Shown here: piece after piece, positions 10,311 to 20,358 of the stretch
Layout of the letters: the number at the start of each line of letters is the position of its first letter
How positions within the stretch are numbered: the stretch's first letter is position 1
Position numbers and translations under genes: made by a program
The notes under the pieces: model-generated
Database searches by the model: none
What the model was told of the DNA's origin: nothing
Seen by the model: only the letters and a program-made list of their open reading frames with translations
Assembly: GCA_965199955.1 (NCBI GenBank)
Contig: CBDATQ010000001.1
Location: 2,176,001 to 2,240,000 of the forward strand
Origin: Spirochaetia bacterium
Lineage (GTDB): Bacteria; Spirochaetota; Spirochaetia; SZUA-6; Bin103
DNA length: 64,000 nt
Direction of reading: 5' to 3'

Positions 10311-11191
10311 ATGAGAACAAGCCACTCGCCCTCGTACTGGCCCTGGCCCCTGGCCGTACCGACCCTGCTGGTCGCCGCGCCGACCGAGGAGGCAGCCGGC
10401 GCCTTGCCCGCCGACTTCGACCCTCAGAAGCCCTGGGAGGCGTTCAAGGACGAGCCGATCACCGTCAACATCTGGGTGGACGGCGGCTGGCCGTTTCCCG
10501 AGGTGACCGACAACCCGGACAGTTGACTGCGCCAGAGATGCGCGAGGACACCGGGGTCACCGTCGACCTGCGGCCCGGCGCCGGCTGGGGGCCGGAAGGG
10601 CTGAACCTGTTCATCGCCTCCGGCGAGTACCCGGACATCAAGAACACGCTGCGCGCGGCCGCCTACGTCGCCTACCTGATGTCCGAGTACTTCCAGTAGC
10701 TGCAGCAGTTCGGCGAGGAGGGCGTCCATCACGACATCGTGGACGGGTGGCCGGCGATGAAGCCTGCGATCCAGGAAGAGTACCGTGCCGACCGGACCGT
10801 GGCCGGTCTCAAGTACAACTTCAACCTCTGGCACGGCGCGTTCCGCGACGACTTCTGGGCGATGGTGAAGCGGCAGCAGGAGCAGAAGTCGATGGTGGAG
10901 GCGCTGAACGTCATACAGCCGGCGCTGGAGAACTTCCAGGACACGTCGGTGTCCGCGGAGGCAGCCCCGGTCAACTACGAGACCGACTCGGAGGAGCTGA
11001 AGATCTACTCGGCGATCCGCGAGGTGCTCGGCGACGGCGTGACCCGGATCGTCCTGCAGTCAGATGACGTGGCAGGCGATTACGCGGCACTGCTTGCGCG
11101 GGTGGAGGAGCTGGGCGTCGGCGTCCTCAACGACCTCAACACCCAGCACATGATCGACTTCGATGCGCTGATCGAGAAGTACAACTACTGA
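10311..11191 (+). pseudogene. Extracellular solute-binding protein, fragmented
   Basis: GGAGGAG RBS, signal-like N-terminus, EDTGVTVD..LNLFIASGEYPDI and an SBP-like C-terminus, split by stops and frameshifts and much too short. Confidence 0.65.
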
Positions 11192-11242
11192 TCGGCCCAT
11201 CGCTGAGCGGACCATTTCCGATCGCCCTGTCTCCGATCGACT

Positions 11243-11273
11243 GAGCGGGCCGGCGCTGGACGCCGGCCCGCTC
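11243..11273 (+). terminator. 13-bp perfect stem-loop downstream of the SBP gene
   Basis: GAGCGGGCCGGCG-CTGGA-CGCCGGCCCGCTC. Confidence 0.6.
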
Positions 11274-11336
11274 TCATCCTCCGGGCGGCGCGCCGCGTGG
11301 TGGCGGCAATTCCACGCACAGCGCGACGTCCACCTC

Positions 11337-12074
11337 ATGATCCTGCCGTGCCTGCTGCTGGTGATCGTCTTCAACTACCTGCCGCTGTACGGCATCCTGA
11401 TCGCCTTCAAGCACTTCAACGTGTTCAAGGGCGTGCTCGGCAGCCCGTGGGCCAGGGACGGCGGGTTCGAGCACTTCATTGACTTCTTCCAGCGCCCGAA
11501 CGTGGGCATCGTGCTCCGCAACACGGTCGCGATCGCGCTGCTGACTGGTATTCCTCTCCTTTCCGCCGGTCCTGTTCGCCATCTTCCTCAACGAGATCGG
11601 CAACCGGCCGTTCAAGCTGGTCACCCAGACGATCTCCTACCTGCCGCACTTCATCTCCTGGGTGGTGCTTGGCGGCATCATGATCACGTTCTTCCTGCGG
11701 ACTCCCGACGCGCCGTTCAATCGGCTGCTGTTCGCGCTCGGTGCGATCGAGTCGCCCACCGACGTCCTGAACCGGCCGGGCTACGTGTGGCCGGTGTTCG
11801 TCCTGTCGCACCTGTGGAAGGAGGTCGGCTGGAGCGCGATCATCTACCTTGCGGTGATCGCCTCGATCGACGCCGAGCTCTACGAGGCGGCCGAGGTGGA
11901 CGGCGGCGGCCGGCTGGTCAAGATGCTGAACATCACCTCGTCGGCATCGGCCTGGACCAGGGCCGCCACTCGTTCGCGACGGCCGTCGGGCTGATGAAGA
12001 ACGTGGTCAACCTGCTCCTGCTGCTGTCGGCGAACTGGCTGAGCTGGCGGCTGACCGGCAAGGGGCTGTTCTGA
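11337..12074 (+). pseudogene. Carbohydrate ABC permease (LplB/YteP-like), frameshifted and internally deleted
   Basis: FNYLPLYGILIAFK; QTISYLPHFISWVV and WKEVGWSAIIYLA..LYEAAEVDG in a shifted frame; the region after the EAA loop is missing. Confidence 0.8.
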
Positions 12075-12075
12075 C

Positions 12076-12262
12076 GTGGCGTCGTTACGCGTCCCGTCCG
12101 CACGCGTGCGTACGCTGTCGCCGGTCGACGCGGCCTTCAACGTCGCCGTGTACGCCGGATTCGCGCTGTTCGCGCTGCTGGTCTTCTACCCGTTCTGGTT
12201 CGTGCTCATCAACTCGCTCAACGGCATGCTCGACTACGGCGTCTCCCTGTACCTGCCGCGGC
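12076..12262 (+). pseudogene. Second ABC permease, N-terminal fragment
   Basis: FNVAVYAGFALFALLVFYPFWFVLINSLN, then homology is lost. Confidence 0.6.
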
Positions 12263-12456
12263 TTGTGGTCGCGGCCGCCGTCGCAGGCGTAGACGACGTA
12301 GGAGCCGTCCTGCCGCACGCAGCAGCGCACAGTGAAGTCGGGGCTCACCGCCGGGTCGGGCCCCAGCTCCGCCACCCGTTCCAGCACCGCCCCGCGGAAC
12401 CGGACGTGCCCCCATGTGTTGAAGACATCCTCGCGATCCATGAACAGCAGCTTCAT
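12262..12456 (-). pseudogene. N-terminal fragment of an unknown protein (MKLLFMDRED...)
   Basis: Plausible ATG divergent from the GH3 gene; runs into the antisense of the permease fragment at an apparent deletion junction. Confidence 0.35.
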
Positions 12457-12511
12457 CGGTGCCCGCCTTCATCGCGCGATCCGCGCGCCGTGATCGTTTT
12501 ATGATTGCCGC

Positions 12512-14851
12512 ATGGATGAATTGCAATCCGCGCCGTATCGGGATGCGGCGCGTCCCGTCGAGGAGCGGGTTTCGGACCTCCTGCAGCGCATGACGCTGGA
12601 AGAGAAGGTGATGCAGCTTCGCGCCGACATCGGCAGGCCGGACAAGCTCTACCGCCGGACCGATCGCGGCGTGGAGATGGGCGACAGCCTGATCGGACTC
12701 CTCTCGGACCCGCCTGTGGGCAACATCGGCCTGCTGCTGCGCGCCGACCCGTTCATCGGCATCGATCCGGAGGCCGCGCTCAGCCCGGAGGAATGCGCCG
12801 ACCTGGTCAACCAGATACACCGCTTCGTGCGCGAGCACACGCGGCTGGGCATCCCGGTGACGATCGGCAACGACAACAGCCGCTGCCACGAGGGCATGCA
12901 GGCGACGATCTTCCCGGCGGTGCGCAACATGGGCTGCACCTGGGATCGGGACCTGAACCGCCGCGTTGCCGCTGCCATCGCCGCCGAGTCGCGCAGCCGC
13001 GGCGAGACGTTGAATTTCGCGCCCGACCTGGACGTGATCCGCGACCCGCGCCTGGGCCGCAGCGAGGAGAACTACGGCGAGGACCCCTACCTGGTCGGCG
13101 AGCTGGGCGGCGTTCACTTCGTCCGCGGCCTGCAGGGCGACGACCTGCGCTCCGACCGCACCATGGCGGCGCTGCTGCGCTGCTACCCGGGCGCCGGCGA
13201 CTTCGACGGCGGACTGGACTTCTCCGACACCAGCCGCGGCGCTCACGACATGGAGGAGGTGTCGCTGTGGCCGTGGCGCGAAGCGGTGCGCGCCGGCGCG
13301 CAGGCGATCATGGTCGAGTTCGCCACCTACGACCGGGTGCCGGCGGCGGCCAGCCGCCACCTCCTCACCGAGCTGCTCCGCGAGCGGTGGGGGTTCGACG
13401 GCTTCACCATGACCGACTCCTGGGCGGTGCGCTTCATCATCCAGTGCCGGGTCGCCGGCGACCCGGTCCAGGCCGCGGCCTTGGCGCTGCGCGCCGGCAC
13501 CGACCAGGCATCGCCCGACGGCGTCATGGACGAACGGGACGACGGCGACGGGAGCACGGCGATGTACAGCGTGCTGCCGGAGGCACTCGACGCCGGGCTC
13601 ATCGAGCAGGAGGACATCGACCGGGCCGTGCGCCGCGTGCTGCGCGTCAAGTTCCGGCTCGGGCTGTTCGACGATTCGTCGGTCGACCGCTCCCTTGCGG
13701 CGTCGGCGTCGCGCACGCCTGCCCACCTGGAGCTGGCGCACGAGACGGCGCGCGCCGGCATCGTGCTGCTCAAGAACGACCTCGGCACGCTGCCGCTCGG
13801 CGAAGGGGTGCGGACCGTCGCCGTGGTCGGCCCCAACGCCCACGACGAGATGGTGCAGCTCGGTGACCTCAGCCCACCGCACCCGCCGGAGACGGTCACG
13901 ACCATCCTGCAGGGCCTGGAACGGCTGGCTCCGTCCGGCACGCACGTCCGTTACGCACGCGGCTGCGGCATCCGCTCTCTCGACCGGTCGGGGCTGGCGG
14001 AGGCCGTCGAGACCGCACGCGACGCCGACGTGGTGGTCGCGGTCGTGGGCGGCTCCAGCGCGGCCGAGCACGTGCAGGAGGACGGAGTGTGGAGCGGCCG
14101 CCGTACCTCGGAGTCCGACTGCGGGGAGAGCTCCGACCGCGCGACGCTCGACCTGCTGGGCCTGCAGCAGGAGTTGCTGGAAGCGCTGCATGAGACCGGG
14201 GTGCCGCTGGTGGTGGTGCTCGTGCACGGCCGGACCCTTACCATCGAATGGATCGCCGAGCACGCCGCCGCGATCGTCGACGCCGGCTACCCTGGCGAGG
14301 CGGGCGGCACGGCGGTGGCGGAGGTGCTCTACGGCCTCCACAACCCGGGCGGACGGGTCACCGTGTCGGTGCCGCGCCACGTGGGACAGGTCCCCGTCCA
14401 CTACTACCGCTGGATCCGCGCGGGCCGGCACCCCTACGTCGACCTGCCGACCGGGCCGCGCTATCCGTTCGGCCACGGGCTGAGCTACACGCGGTTCGAG
14501 TACGCGAATCTGCGCGTCGAGCCGGCCGTCATCCCCCCGGAAGGGACGGCGACCGTGTCCGTGGACGTCACCAACGCCGGCGATGTCGCCGGCGACGAGG
14601 TGGTGCAGCTCTACATCCGCGACGAGGTGAGCTCGGTCGCGCGGCCGTACCGGCTGCTGCGCGGCTTCCAGCGCCTGCGCCTGGCCCCGGGCGAGACCGG
14701 CACGGCGCGCATGCCGCTCGGCCCCCACGAGCTGTCCTTCCACGGGCCCGACGGCGAGTGGATCGTCGAGCCGGGGGGCTTCGCGGTGATCATCGGCCGC
14801 GACGCCGAGCACGACCTGCTCACCGCCACGCTGACCGTGCGGGACGGGTAG
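12512..14851 (+). CDS. Glycoside hydrolase family 3 (beta-glucosidase/xylosidase-like) with Fn3-like domain
   Basis: MTLEEKV, RDPRLGRSEENYGEDP, WGFDGFTMTD nucleophile, IVLLKND, YPFGHGLSYT and EVVQLYIRD. Confidence 0.93.
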   Translation: MDELQSAPYRDAARPVEERVSDLLQRMTLEEKVMQLRADIGRPDKLYRRTDRGVEMGDSLIGLLSDPPVGNIGLLLRADPFIGIDPEAALSPEECADLVNQIHRFVREHTRLGIPVTIGNDNSRCHEGMQATIFPAVRNMGCTWDRDLNRRVAAAIAAESRSRGETLNFAPDLDVIRDPRLGRSEENYGEDPYLVGELGGVHFVRGLQGDDLRSDRTMAALLRCYPGAGDFDGGLDFSDTSRGAHDMEEVSLWPWREAVRAGAQAIMVEFATYDRVPAAASRHLLTELLRERWGFDGFTMTDSWAVRFIIQCRVAGDPVQAAALALRAGTDQASPDGVMDERDDGDGSTAMYSVLPEALDAGLIEQEDIDRAVRRVLRVKFRLGLFDDSSVDRSLAASASRTPAHLELAHETARAGIVLLKNDLGTLPLGEGVRTVAVVGPNAHDEMVQLGDLSPPHPPETVTTILQGLERLAPSGTHVRYARGCGIRSLDRSGLAEAVETARDADVVVAVVGGSSAAEHVQEDGVWSGRRTSESDCGESSDRATLDLLGLQQELLEALHETGVPLVVVLVHGRTLTIEWIAEHAAAIVDAGYPGEAGGTAVAEVLYGLHNPGGRVTVSVPRHVGQVPVHYYRWIRAGRHPYVDLPTGPRYPFGHGLSYTRFEYANLRVEPAVIPPEGTATVSVDVTNAGDVAGDEVVQLYIRDEVSSVARPYRLLRGFQRLRLAPGETGTARMPLGPHELSFHGPDGEWIVEPGGFAVIIGRDAEHDLLTATLTVRDG

Positions 14852-14867
14852 GGAGGCCGCTCCCTAC
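14848..14867. terminator. Hairpin between convergent genes (GTAGGGAG-GCCG-CTCCCTAC)
   Basis: 8-bp perfect stem that includes both TAG stop codons. Confidence 0.5.
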
Positions 14868-15869
14868 AGGCGGGCGTCGAGCTCGGGGAGCTTGAAGCGC
14901 ATGCTGACGATCGACTGCCGCTCGGGCCCGGGCCGGTACTTGACATAGGTGGCGACCATGAAGGTGTCGTCGGGCAGCAGCTTGATCGACGAGTAGGAGC
15001 CGTCGTGGCCGGCGTGGCTGGTCAGCAGGCGCCCGTCGCGTGAGACCCGGTGCCGGTGGCGATCGCCGGTGAGGCCGAGCGGCAGCTCGCGCGGTTCCGA
15101 CCAGGTTTCGCCCTCGTCGTCGGAGGTGATGTAGAGCGAGCGGCTGGTGTACTCCCAACGGCCGGTGTTGTCGCGCAGCAGGCAGAGGAGTTGGCGGCCG
15201 TCGGGCGATCGGATCAGCTCCGGCTCGCCGGGGATGCGCGGCGGGCAGTCCAGGGTGATGCGCCAGCGGCTCCAGGTCAGCCCGCCGTCTGCGGAGATGC
15301 TCTGCGCGATGCGGTTGCCGACGTGGCCGCTCGGCGTCATCGGCTTGCGGTTGTTCGGGTCCTCGTCGCGGCGGATGTTGGTGATTCCCAGCAGGCGCGC
15401 GCCGCCCTCGATCGGCATGATCGAGCAGAACGGCATCACGCGCTCCAGCCCGTTGGAGGCCATCGGCGTCCAGGTACGGCCGTCGTCCTCCGAGTGCGCC
15501 TGGTGCATGGTGTTCTCCGGGCCGGCACGAAGCTGGCGGCCGGCGCGCCGCGCGAACACCAGCAGCCGAGCGGTGCCGGCAGGGTCGGTCAGCCGGTAGA
15601 TGGTCGGGCAGTTCTGCACCGTCCCCCAGTTGTCCGGCACCGGCAGCAACCCGCTCCAGGTCAGGCCGCCGTCGGTACTCTTGGCGAGCGGCCCACAGCG
15701 GCCGCCGTGCTCGTAGCTGAAGGCGCAGAAATATGGTCCTGCCGTCCGGCATCAGCGCCGTGGTCGGGCTGCAGCAGTAGGTCTCCTCGGTTCCCGCGTC
15801 GATCATCACGTGTCGCTCGGACGCGCCGGACAGGTCGATCAGCGGCATCGGCAGGGCGGAGTCACTCAT
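14864..15869 (-). pseudogene. BNR/sialidase-like protein, frameshifted and internally deleted; paralogue of 20359-21486
   Basis: PLIDLS..ERHV, PTIYRL, HSEDDGRTW, SADGGLTW and SDDEGETW; frameshifts near 15650-15730; lacks the segment between DGRL and HAG. Confidence 0.8.
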
Positions 15870-16222
15870 GGATCCATCTTTCCTCGTTGATAGCGGGTGA
15901 CGTGGTCGTGAAAGGAGGTGGGCACCACGCTCGGGTCGGCGCTGCACACCGGGAAGGGCTGCAGCCGGCCTTCGGTCTCGCCGAATCCCGCAGGTAGTCG
16001 CGGGCCAGCCCGTCGGTCTCCGCAGCGCCGTTCGGCTCCGGCGTGGGCAGGTAACGCAGGTCCACGTTCCAGCGCACCGTGCGGGTGCGGTTCAGCTCGC
16101 TGCAGTGGTAGGTGAAGGTTGGAGAACACCGCCAGGTCGCCGCGGCGCAGCACCAGCGGCACCCACGCGGTGACGATGTGCAGCCGGTGCGTGGGGATGC
16201 GGGTGGCGCTGTTGAAGTACTC
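15866..16222 (-). pseudogene. PhyH-family dioxygenase remnant
   Basis: HIVTAWVPL, RRGDLAVFSN, NRTRTVRWNVDLRY and PFPV segments spread across frames. Confidence 0.6.
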
Positions 16223-16712
16223 CGAGTGTTGCGTCGGTGACCCTCCTCACGCCTTGGGGTGTAGTTGAATCGGGGGAGCCTTCTCCGGAAGACTTCGAGG
16301 ATTGCGTCAACGCAACGTCCACGGTACTGAGCGGCGTATCGACGGACGCCATGCCGTAAGCCCGTCCGTCAGTGCCACCCCGGACGCAGGCAGGCAGCGG
16401 CCCCGCGGCCGAGATCGCTCTCGGGCATGGTGGCAGATGCCGAAGGAGAGACGGTGGCTGCGGGACGAGGACGTCGGCCGTATCGGCGGGAGCGAGGCGA
16501 CGGTGCCGGCGAGCGAGAAGGTGTTGAATGTGTTTGCTCGACGGGCAGTCCGGAGTGATGCGTCAGCGGACTCACGTGATGGGGTCGTCGGAACACGTCA
16601 CTGGGGGCGGCCCGGCCGAGTGGCAGACTGCGAAGGCGAAACTTCGGGCGCCACCGGGCAGGTGGGTGGGAAGCTTGACAGCGGTCGGCAGACGCCGAAG
16701 CATGGGTGAGAC

Positions 16713-17675
16713 ATGTCGGAGACCGGCACGTCTCTGGTGTCCGGGTACGCGCTCGGCAAACGGGGATTCGTTGCCACCTTTCTGAAGTACAAGGAGCGTT
16801 ATCTCCTCCTGGCTTTGGCGATAGTGCTGTTCTTCGTGTTCCGCTATGTGCCGATGGCCGGCCTCGTGCTGGCCTGGAAGAAATTCACCGTGTCAGGCGG
16901 ATTGTTCGGCAGTCCGTGGGCCGGGTGGACCTGCTTCGAGCGGCTGTTCACCGCTCCCGACTTCCTTCGGGTGCTGCGCAATACGGTGTTCATCAACGTC
17001 GTGCTGCGCATGGGCATCGCCTTCTTCATGCCCATCCTGTTCGCGCTGCTGCTCAACGAAATCGTGAACATGCGGTTCAAGCGCGTGGTGCAGACCATCA
17101 GCTACCTGCCGCACTTTCTGTCATGGGTCGTGGTGGCCAGCCTGATCAGGCCGCTCACCTCGGCACAGGGACCGATGAACCTGCTGGCGGAGCTGGCCGG
17201 CATGGACACGCCCATCCTGTTCCTGCAGCGGCCGGGATGGTTCCTGGGCATCATACTGGTCTCGGACATCTGGAAAGGCATTGGATGGGGATCGATCATC
17301 TACCTGGCCGCGATCTCGAGCATCGACCCATCGCTCTACGAGTCTGCCGAGATCGATGGCGCGGGCCGTATCCAGAAGATGCGCTACATCACCGTGCCGT
17401 CGATCACGTTCGTCATCGTCATCATGTTCCTGCTCCAGCTCGGCAACGTGCTGGAGCTCGGCTTCGATCAGATCTTCAACCTCTACCATCCGCTCGTCTA
17501 CGAGGTCGGTGACATCATCGGCACCTATATCTATCGCATGGGACTCCAGGACTTCCGCTACAGCTTCGCGACCGCGGCGGGACTGTTCCAGAACGTGGTC
17601 GGCCTGATCGCGCTGGTCGGGGCGAACTGGTTCGTCAAGAGGCTGGGGCACGCGGGGAGCTATACCCTGACATGA
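16713..17675 (+). CDS. Carbohydrate ABC transporter permease (LplB/YteP-like)
   Basis: FRYVPMAG, QTISYLPHFLSWVVV, WKGIGWGSIIYLAA and LYESAEIDGA. Confidence 0.93.
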   Translation: MSETGTSLVSGYALGKRGFVATFLKYKERYLLLALAIVLFFVFRYVPMAGLVLAWKKFTVSGGLFGSPWAGWTCFERLFTAPDFLRVLRNTVFINVVLRMGIAFFMPILFALLLNEIVNMRFKRVVQTISYLPHFLSWVVVASLIRPLTSAQGPMNLLAELAGMDTPILFLQRPGWFLGIILVSDIWKGIGWGSIIYLAAISSIDPSLYESAEIDGAGRIQKMRYITVPSITFVIVIMFLLQLGNVLELGFDQIFNLYHPLVYEVGDIIGTYIYRMGLQDFRYSFATAAGLFQNVVGLIALVGANWFVKRLGHAGSYTLT

Positions 17676-18601
17676 GTGATGCCGCCGCCACGCCCGGGGC
17701 TTTCGCGCGGCTGACCGCGAGCCGGTCAGGGAAGCGGACGCTCGCGGACCGGTTGCTTGTGGCCGTCATCCACGTGGGGATGGTGGCGTTCGCCCTGTCG
17801 ATCGTCTATCCCTTCTGGTACCTGCTCGTCGACTCGTTCAACACGCCGGAAGCATCCATCCTGGACCGGGTGAAGCTCTGGCCCCGCGACATGACGCTCG
17901 AGAACTACGGAAAGGTGTTCGAGAGCGGGATCATCGGCACGGCCTACCTCAACTCGCTGTACAAGGCGATCGTCGGCACCGGGTCGATCCTGCTGGTGAG
18001 CTTCATCGCCGCCTTCGGCTTGGCGGACCGAACATTGCCCGGCATCAAGATCATCACATTCTTCATGATCTTCACGATGTTCTTCTCGGGCGGCCTGATG
18101 CCGACCTATCTCTGGTACAAGCAACTCGGGCTGCTCAACTCGCGGCTGGTATGGTTCCTTCCCGCGCTGGCAAACGCCTTCTACATCATCATCATGCGCA
18201 ACTTCTTCCGCGAGATTCCGGCCGAGCTCACCGAGAGCGCGACGATCGACGGCGCGACGCTGACGGACGTGCTGTTTCGCATCGTCGTCCCGCTGTCCGC
18301 GCCGGTCGTGGCGACGGTGGCCCTATGGGCGGCGGTGGCGCACTGGAACGAATGGTTCTTTCCGCTGATATTCACGCCCGAGAAGGACAAGACCCTCCTG
18401 CAGGTGCTGCTCCGCCGCGTCCTGGTGGAGAACCAGACCTCGGAGCTCGAACTGTTCGAGGAGCGCGAGGTGCGCAACATCACCGCGGAAACCGTCAAGG
18501 CGGCCCTTCTGTTCATTTCCATCGGACCCATCATCGCGGTCTACCCGTTCATCCAGCGCTACTTCGTGAAAGGCATCATGCTGGGAGCGGTAAAGGGATG
18601 A
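17672..18601 (+). CDS. Carbohydrate ABC transporter permease (LplC/YtcP-like)
   Basis: TMFFSGGLMPTY, ELTESATIDGA, AVAHWNEWF and YPFIQRYFVKGIMLGAVKG; ATGA overlap. Confidence 0.93.
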   Translation: MSDAAATPGAFARLTASRSGKRTLADRLLVAVIHVGMVAFALSIVYPFWYLLVDSFNTPEASILDRVKLWPRDMTLENYGKVFESGIIGTAYLNSLYKAIVGTGSILLVSFIAAFGLADRTLPGIKIITFFMIFTMFFSGGLMPTYLWYKQLGLLNSRLVWFLPALANAFYIIIMRNFFREIPAELTESATIDGATLTDVLFRIVVPLSAPVVATVALWAAVAHWNEWFFPLIFTPEKDKTLLQVLLRRVLVENQTSELELFEEREVRNITAETVKAALLFISIGPIIAVYPFIQRYFVKGIMLGAVKG

Positions 18602-18698
18602 CTGCGGTGCGGTTCGGACCCATTCACGGCCATGCCACCCCGGGCTCGGGGTGTCGGCGCCCCGCAAGGGGCAATCCATTTTCCCGAGGAGGGACACG

Positions 18699-20273
18699 AT
18701 GAGAAGCGCAGTGCGACTGTGTGCGCTGGCGACGCTGCTGATGGTGGCGGCCACGCCGGTGTTCGCGGAAGGCCAGGAAGAGCAGGCAGCGGAGGAGCGG
18801 CTCACGATCTCGATGATACCGTTCACCGCCCGCGGCACGACCCTGGCGCCCGATAGCTGGGTCGAGCTCTTCCTGGAAGAGCGGTACGATGTGGACCTGG
18901 AGCCCTGGTACGACATCGACGCGTACGATGGGGAAGCCAGGAACGTGCGGATCGCGGCAGGCGATATTCCCGATTACCTGTCGGTCTGGGCAAGGAACGC
19001 GTCCTGGATCGACGCGGGCATCGTCAGGTCGATCGCGCAGGACCTGATCATGGAGCACATGCCCGGATGGATGCAGCAGGTGGAGCACTACCTGGGCGAC
19101 ACGAAGTGGCGCACCACCGTCTACGACGGAACGAACTACCTCATTCCGTCGGCGATGTCGATGGCATCGACCGGGCAGGTGATGGGCCTTCGCGCCGACT
19201 GGATGCGAGCGGTCGGCGTGGAGCCGGAGCCGGTGGCGGACCGTGAGTTCTACCGTGGTCCGGACACGATCGAGGAGATCGAGGATCTGCTCCTCAAGTT
19301 CCGCAACGAGGATCCTGACGGAGACGGACAGAAGAACTCGTACGGCTACATGGTGTGGAAGAACGGGCCCAACATGGACAGCACGATCCTGCCCAACGTG
19401 TTCGGTTCATACGGCGTTCGCCTGTTCACGTGGGACGTGCGCGACGGCAAGGGCTATTACTCCATGGTCGACCCGAATTACCGGGAAGCCCTCAAGTTCG
19501 TCAACCGCTGGTGGGAGATGGAGATCATCCATCCCGATACGCCGACCGCCGTACGCGCCGACGTGATTCGGGCGATGGCGAACGACGAATTCGGCGCCTG
19601 GTCGGAGCTGGATGCCTGGATGTCCCAGTACGAAGCGGGACCGTGGGGTGCCCTGCGGGAAGCGCATCCCGACGTGGAGATCGTCTACACGATCACGCCC
19701 GTGGGCCCGACCGGAGGGCGCGGCACCTGGTACCGCGACCCGACCGGTTCGTCCGCCGGTTTCGGGATCGACGCCAGCGACGAAAAGGTCGTGAAGATCA
19801 TGCAGATGCTGGAGGACATCTACGCGGACGCCGATGTCTACGCCGAGAACCACTATGGCGGCCGCGAGGGTGAGACGTGGGAGCTCGATGCGAACGGCTA
19901 CCGGGTCTCCATTCCCGGCACCGGATCGGGCAAGGACAGCGCCACCGGAACGATGCTCGGCGTGCGCATGCTGACGATCATTCCGCAGATCGTGGAGCCG
20001 GTGGACAAAGTCTACATCAACCCGCCGCGCCACGCCCTGCAGACCTTCCTGCAGGACAACCAGACGGTCAACCCGGGCATCGGCTTCCGGCCGACGTGGT
20101 CGGAGGAGGAACGCTCCTTGGCGGCCAACGTGCGCACGATCGAGCACGAGTGGGGCTGGAAGGCGATCACCGGTCAGGTGGACATCGACGCCGACTGGGA
20201 CAACTACGTGCAGTCGATGATGGACGCCGGACTCGAGACCCTGTTGGTCAGTCTGGCCGAGCAGGACATGTAG
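18699..20273 (+). CDS. Extracellular solute-binding protein
   Basis: GAGGAGGG RBS, signal peptide ending FAEGQEE, IAAGDIPD, PDTIEE..LLKFRNEDPDGDG and DWDNYV. Confidence 0.9.
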   Translation: MRSAVRLCALATLLMVAATPVFAEGQEEQAAEERLTISMIPFTARGTTLAPDSWVELFLEERYDVDLEPWYDIDAYDGEARNVRIAAGDIPDYLSVWARNASWIDAGIVRSIAQDLIMEHMPGWMQQVEHYLGDTKWRTTVYDGTNYLIPSAMSMASTGQVMGLRADWMRAVGVEPEPVADREFYRGPDTIEEIEDLLLKFRNEDPDGDGQKNSYGYMVWKNGPNMDSTILPNVFGSYGVRLFTWDVRDGKGYYSMVDPNYREALKFVNRWWEMEIIHPDTPTAVRADVIRAMANDEFGAWSELDAWMSQYEAGPWGALREAHPDVEIVYTITPVGPTGGRGTWYRDPTGSSAGFGIDASDEKVVKIMQMLEDIYADADVYAENHYGGREGETWELDANGYRVSIPGTGSGKDSATGTMLGVRMLTIIPQIVEPVDKVYINPPRHALQTFLQDNQTVNPGIGFRPTWSEEERSLAANVRTIEHEWGWKAITGQVDIDADWDNYVQSMMDAGLETLLVSLAEQDM

Positions 20274-20302
20274 CGACGAGCGAGCGAGCACGATCGCTAC
20301 CC

Positions 20303-20337
20303 GGAGAGCCCTCCGCCGTGGCGGGCTCTCCTGTTTC
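20303..20337 (+). terminator. Stem-loop downstream of the SBP gene
   Basis: GGAGAGCCC...GGGCTCTCC followed by TGTTTC. Confidence 0.55.
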
Positions 20338-20358
20338 ATGCGCACGGGAGCAACGGAA

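Noticed and set aside
12218..14812. Long antisense ORFs (864 aa here; also 48427-50547, 59123-61183, 57673-59421 and others)
   Set aside because: They are shadow ORFs of real genes caused by high-GC codon bias and show no independent family motifs.
14848..14867. GTAG...CTAC hairpin as a REP element
   Set aside because: I saw only one copy and no RAYT transposase; it is explained by two convergent TAG stops forming a hairpin.
16225..16710. ~490-bp intergenic region as a possible riboswitch or ncRNA
   Set aside because: No recognisable aptamer consensus or stable conserved structure by eye; an Rfam/Infernal scan would be needed.
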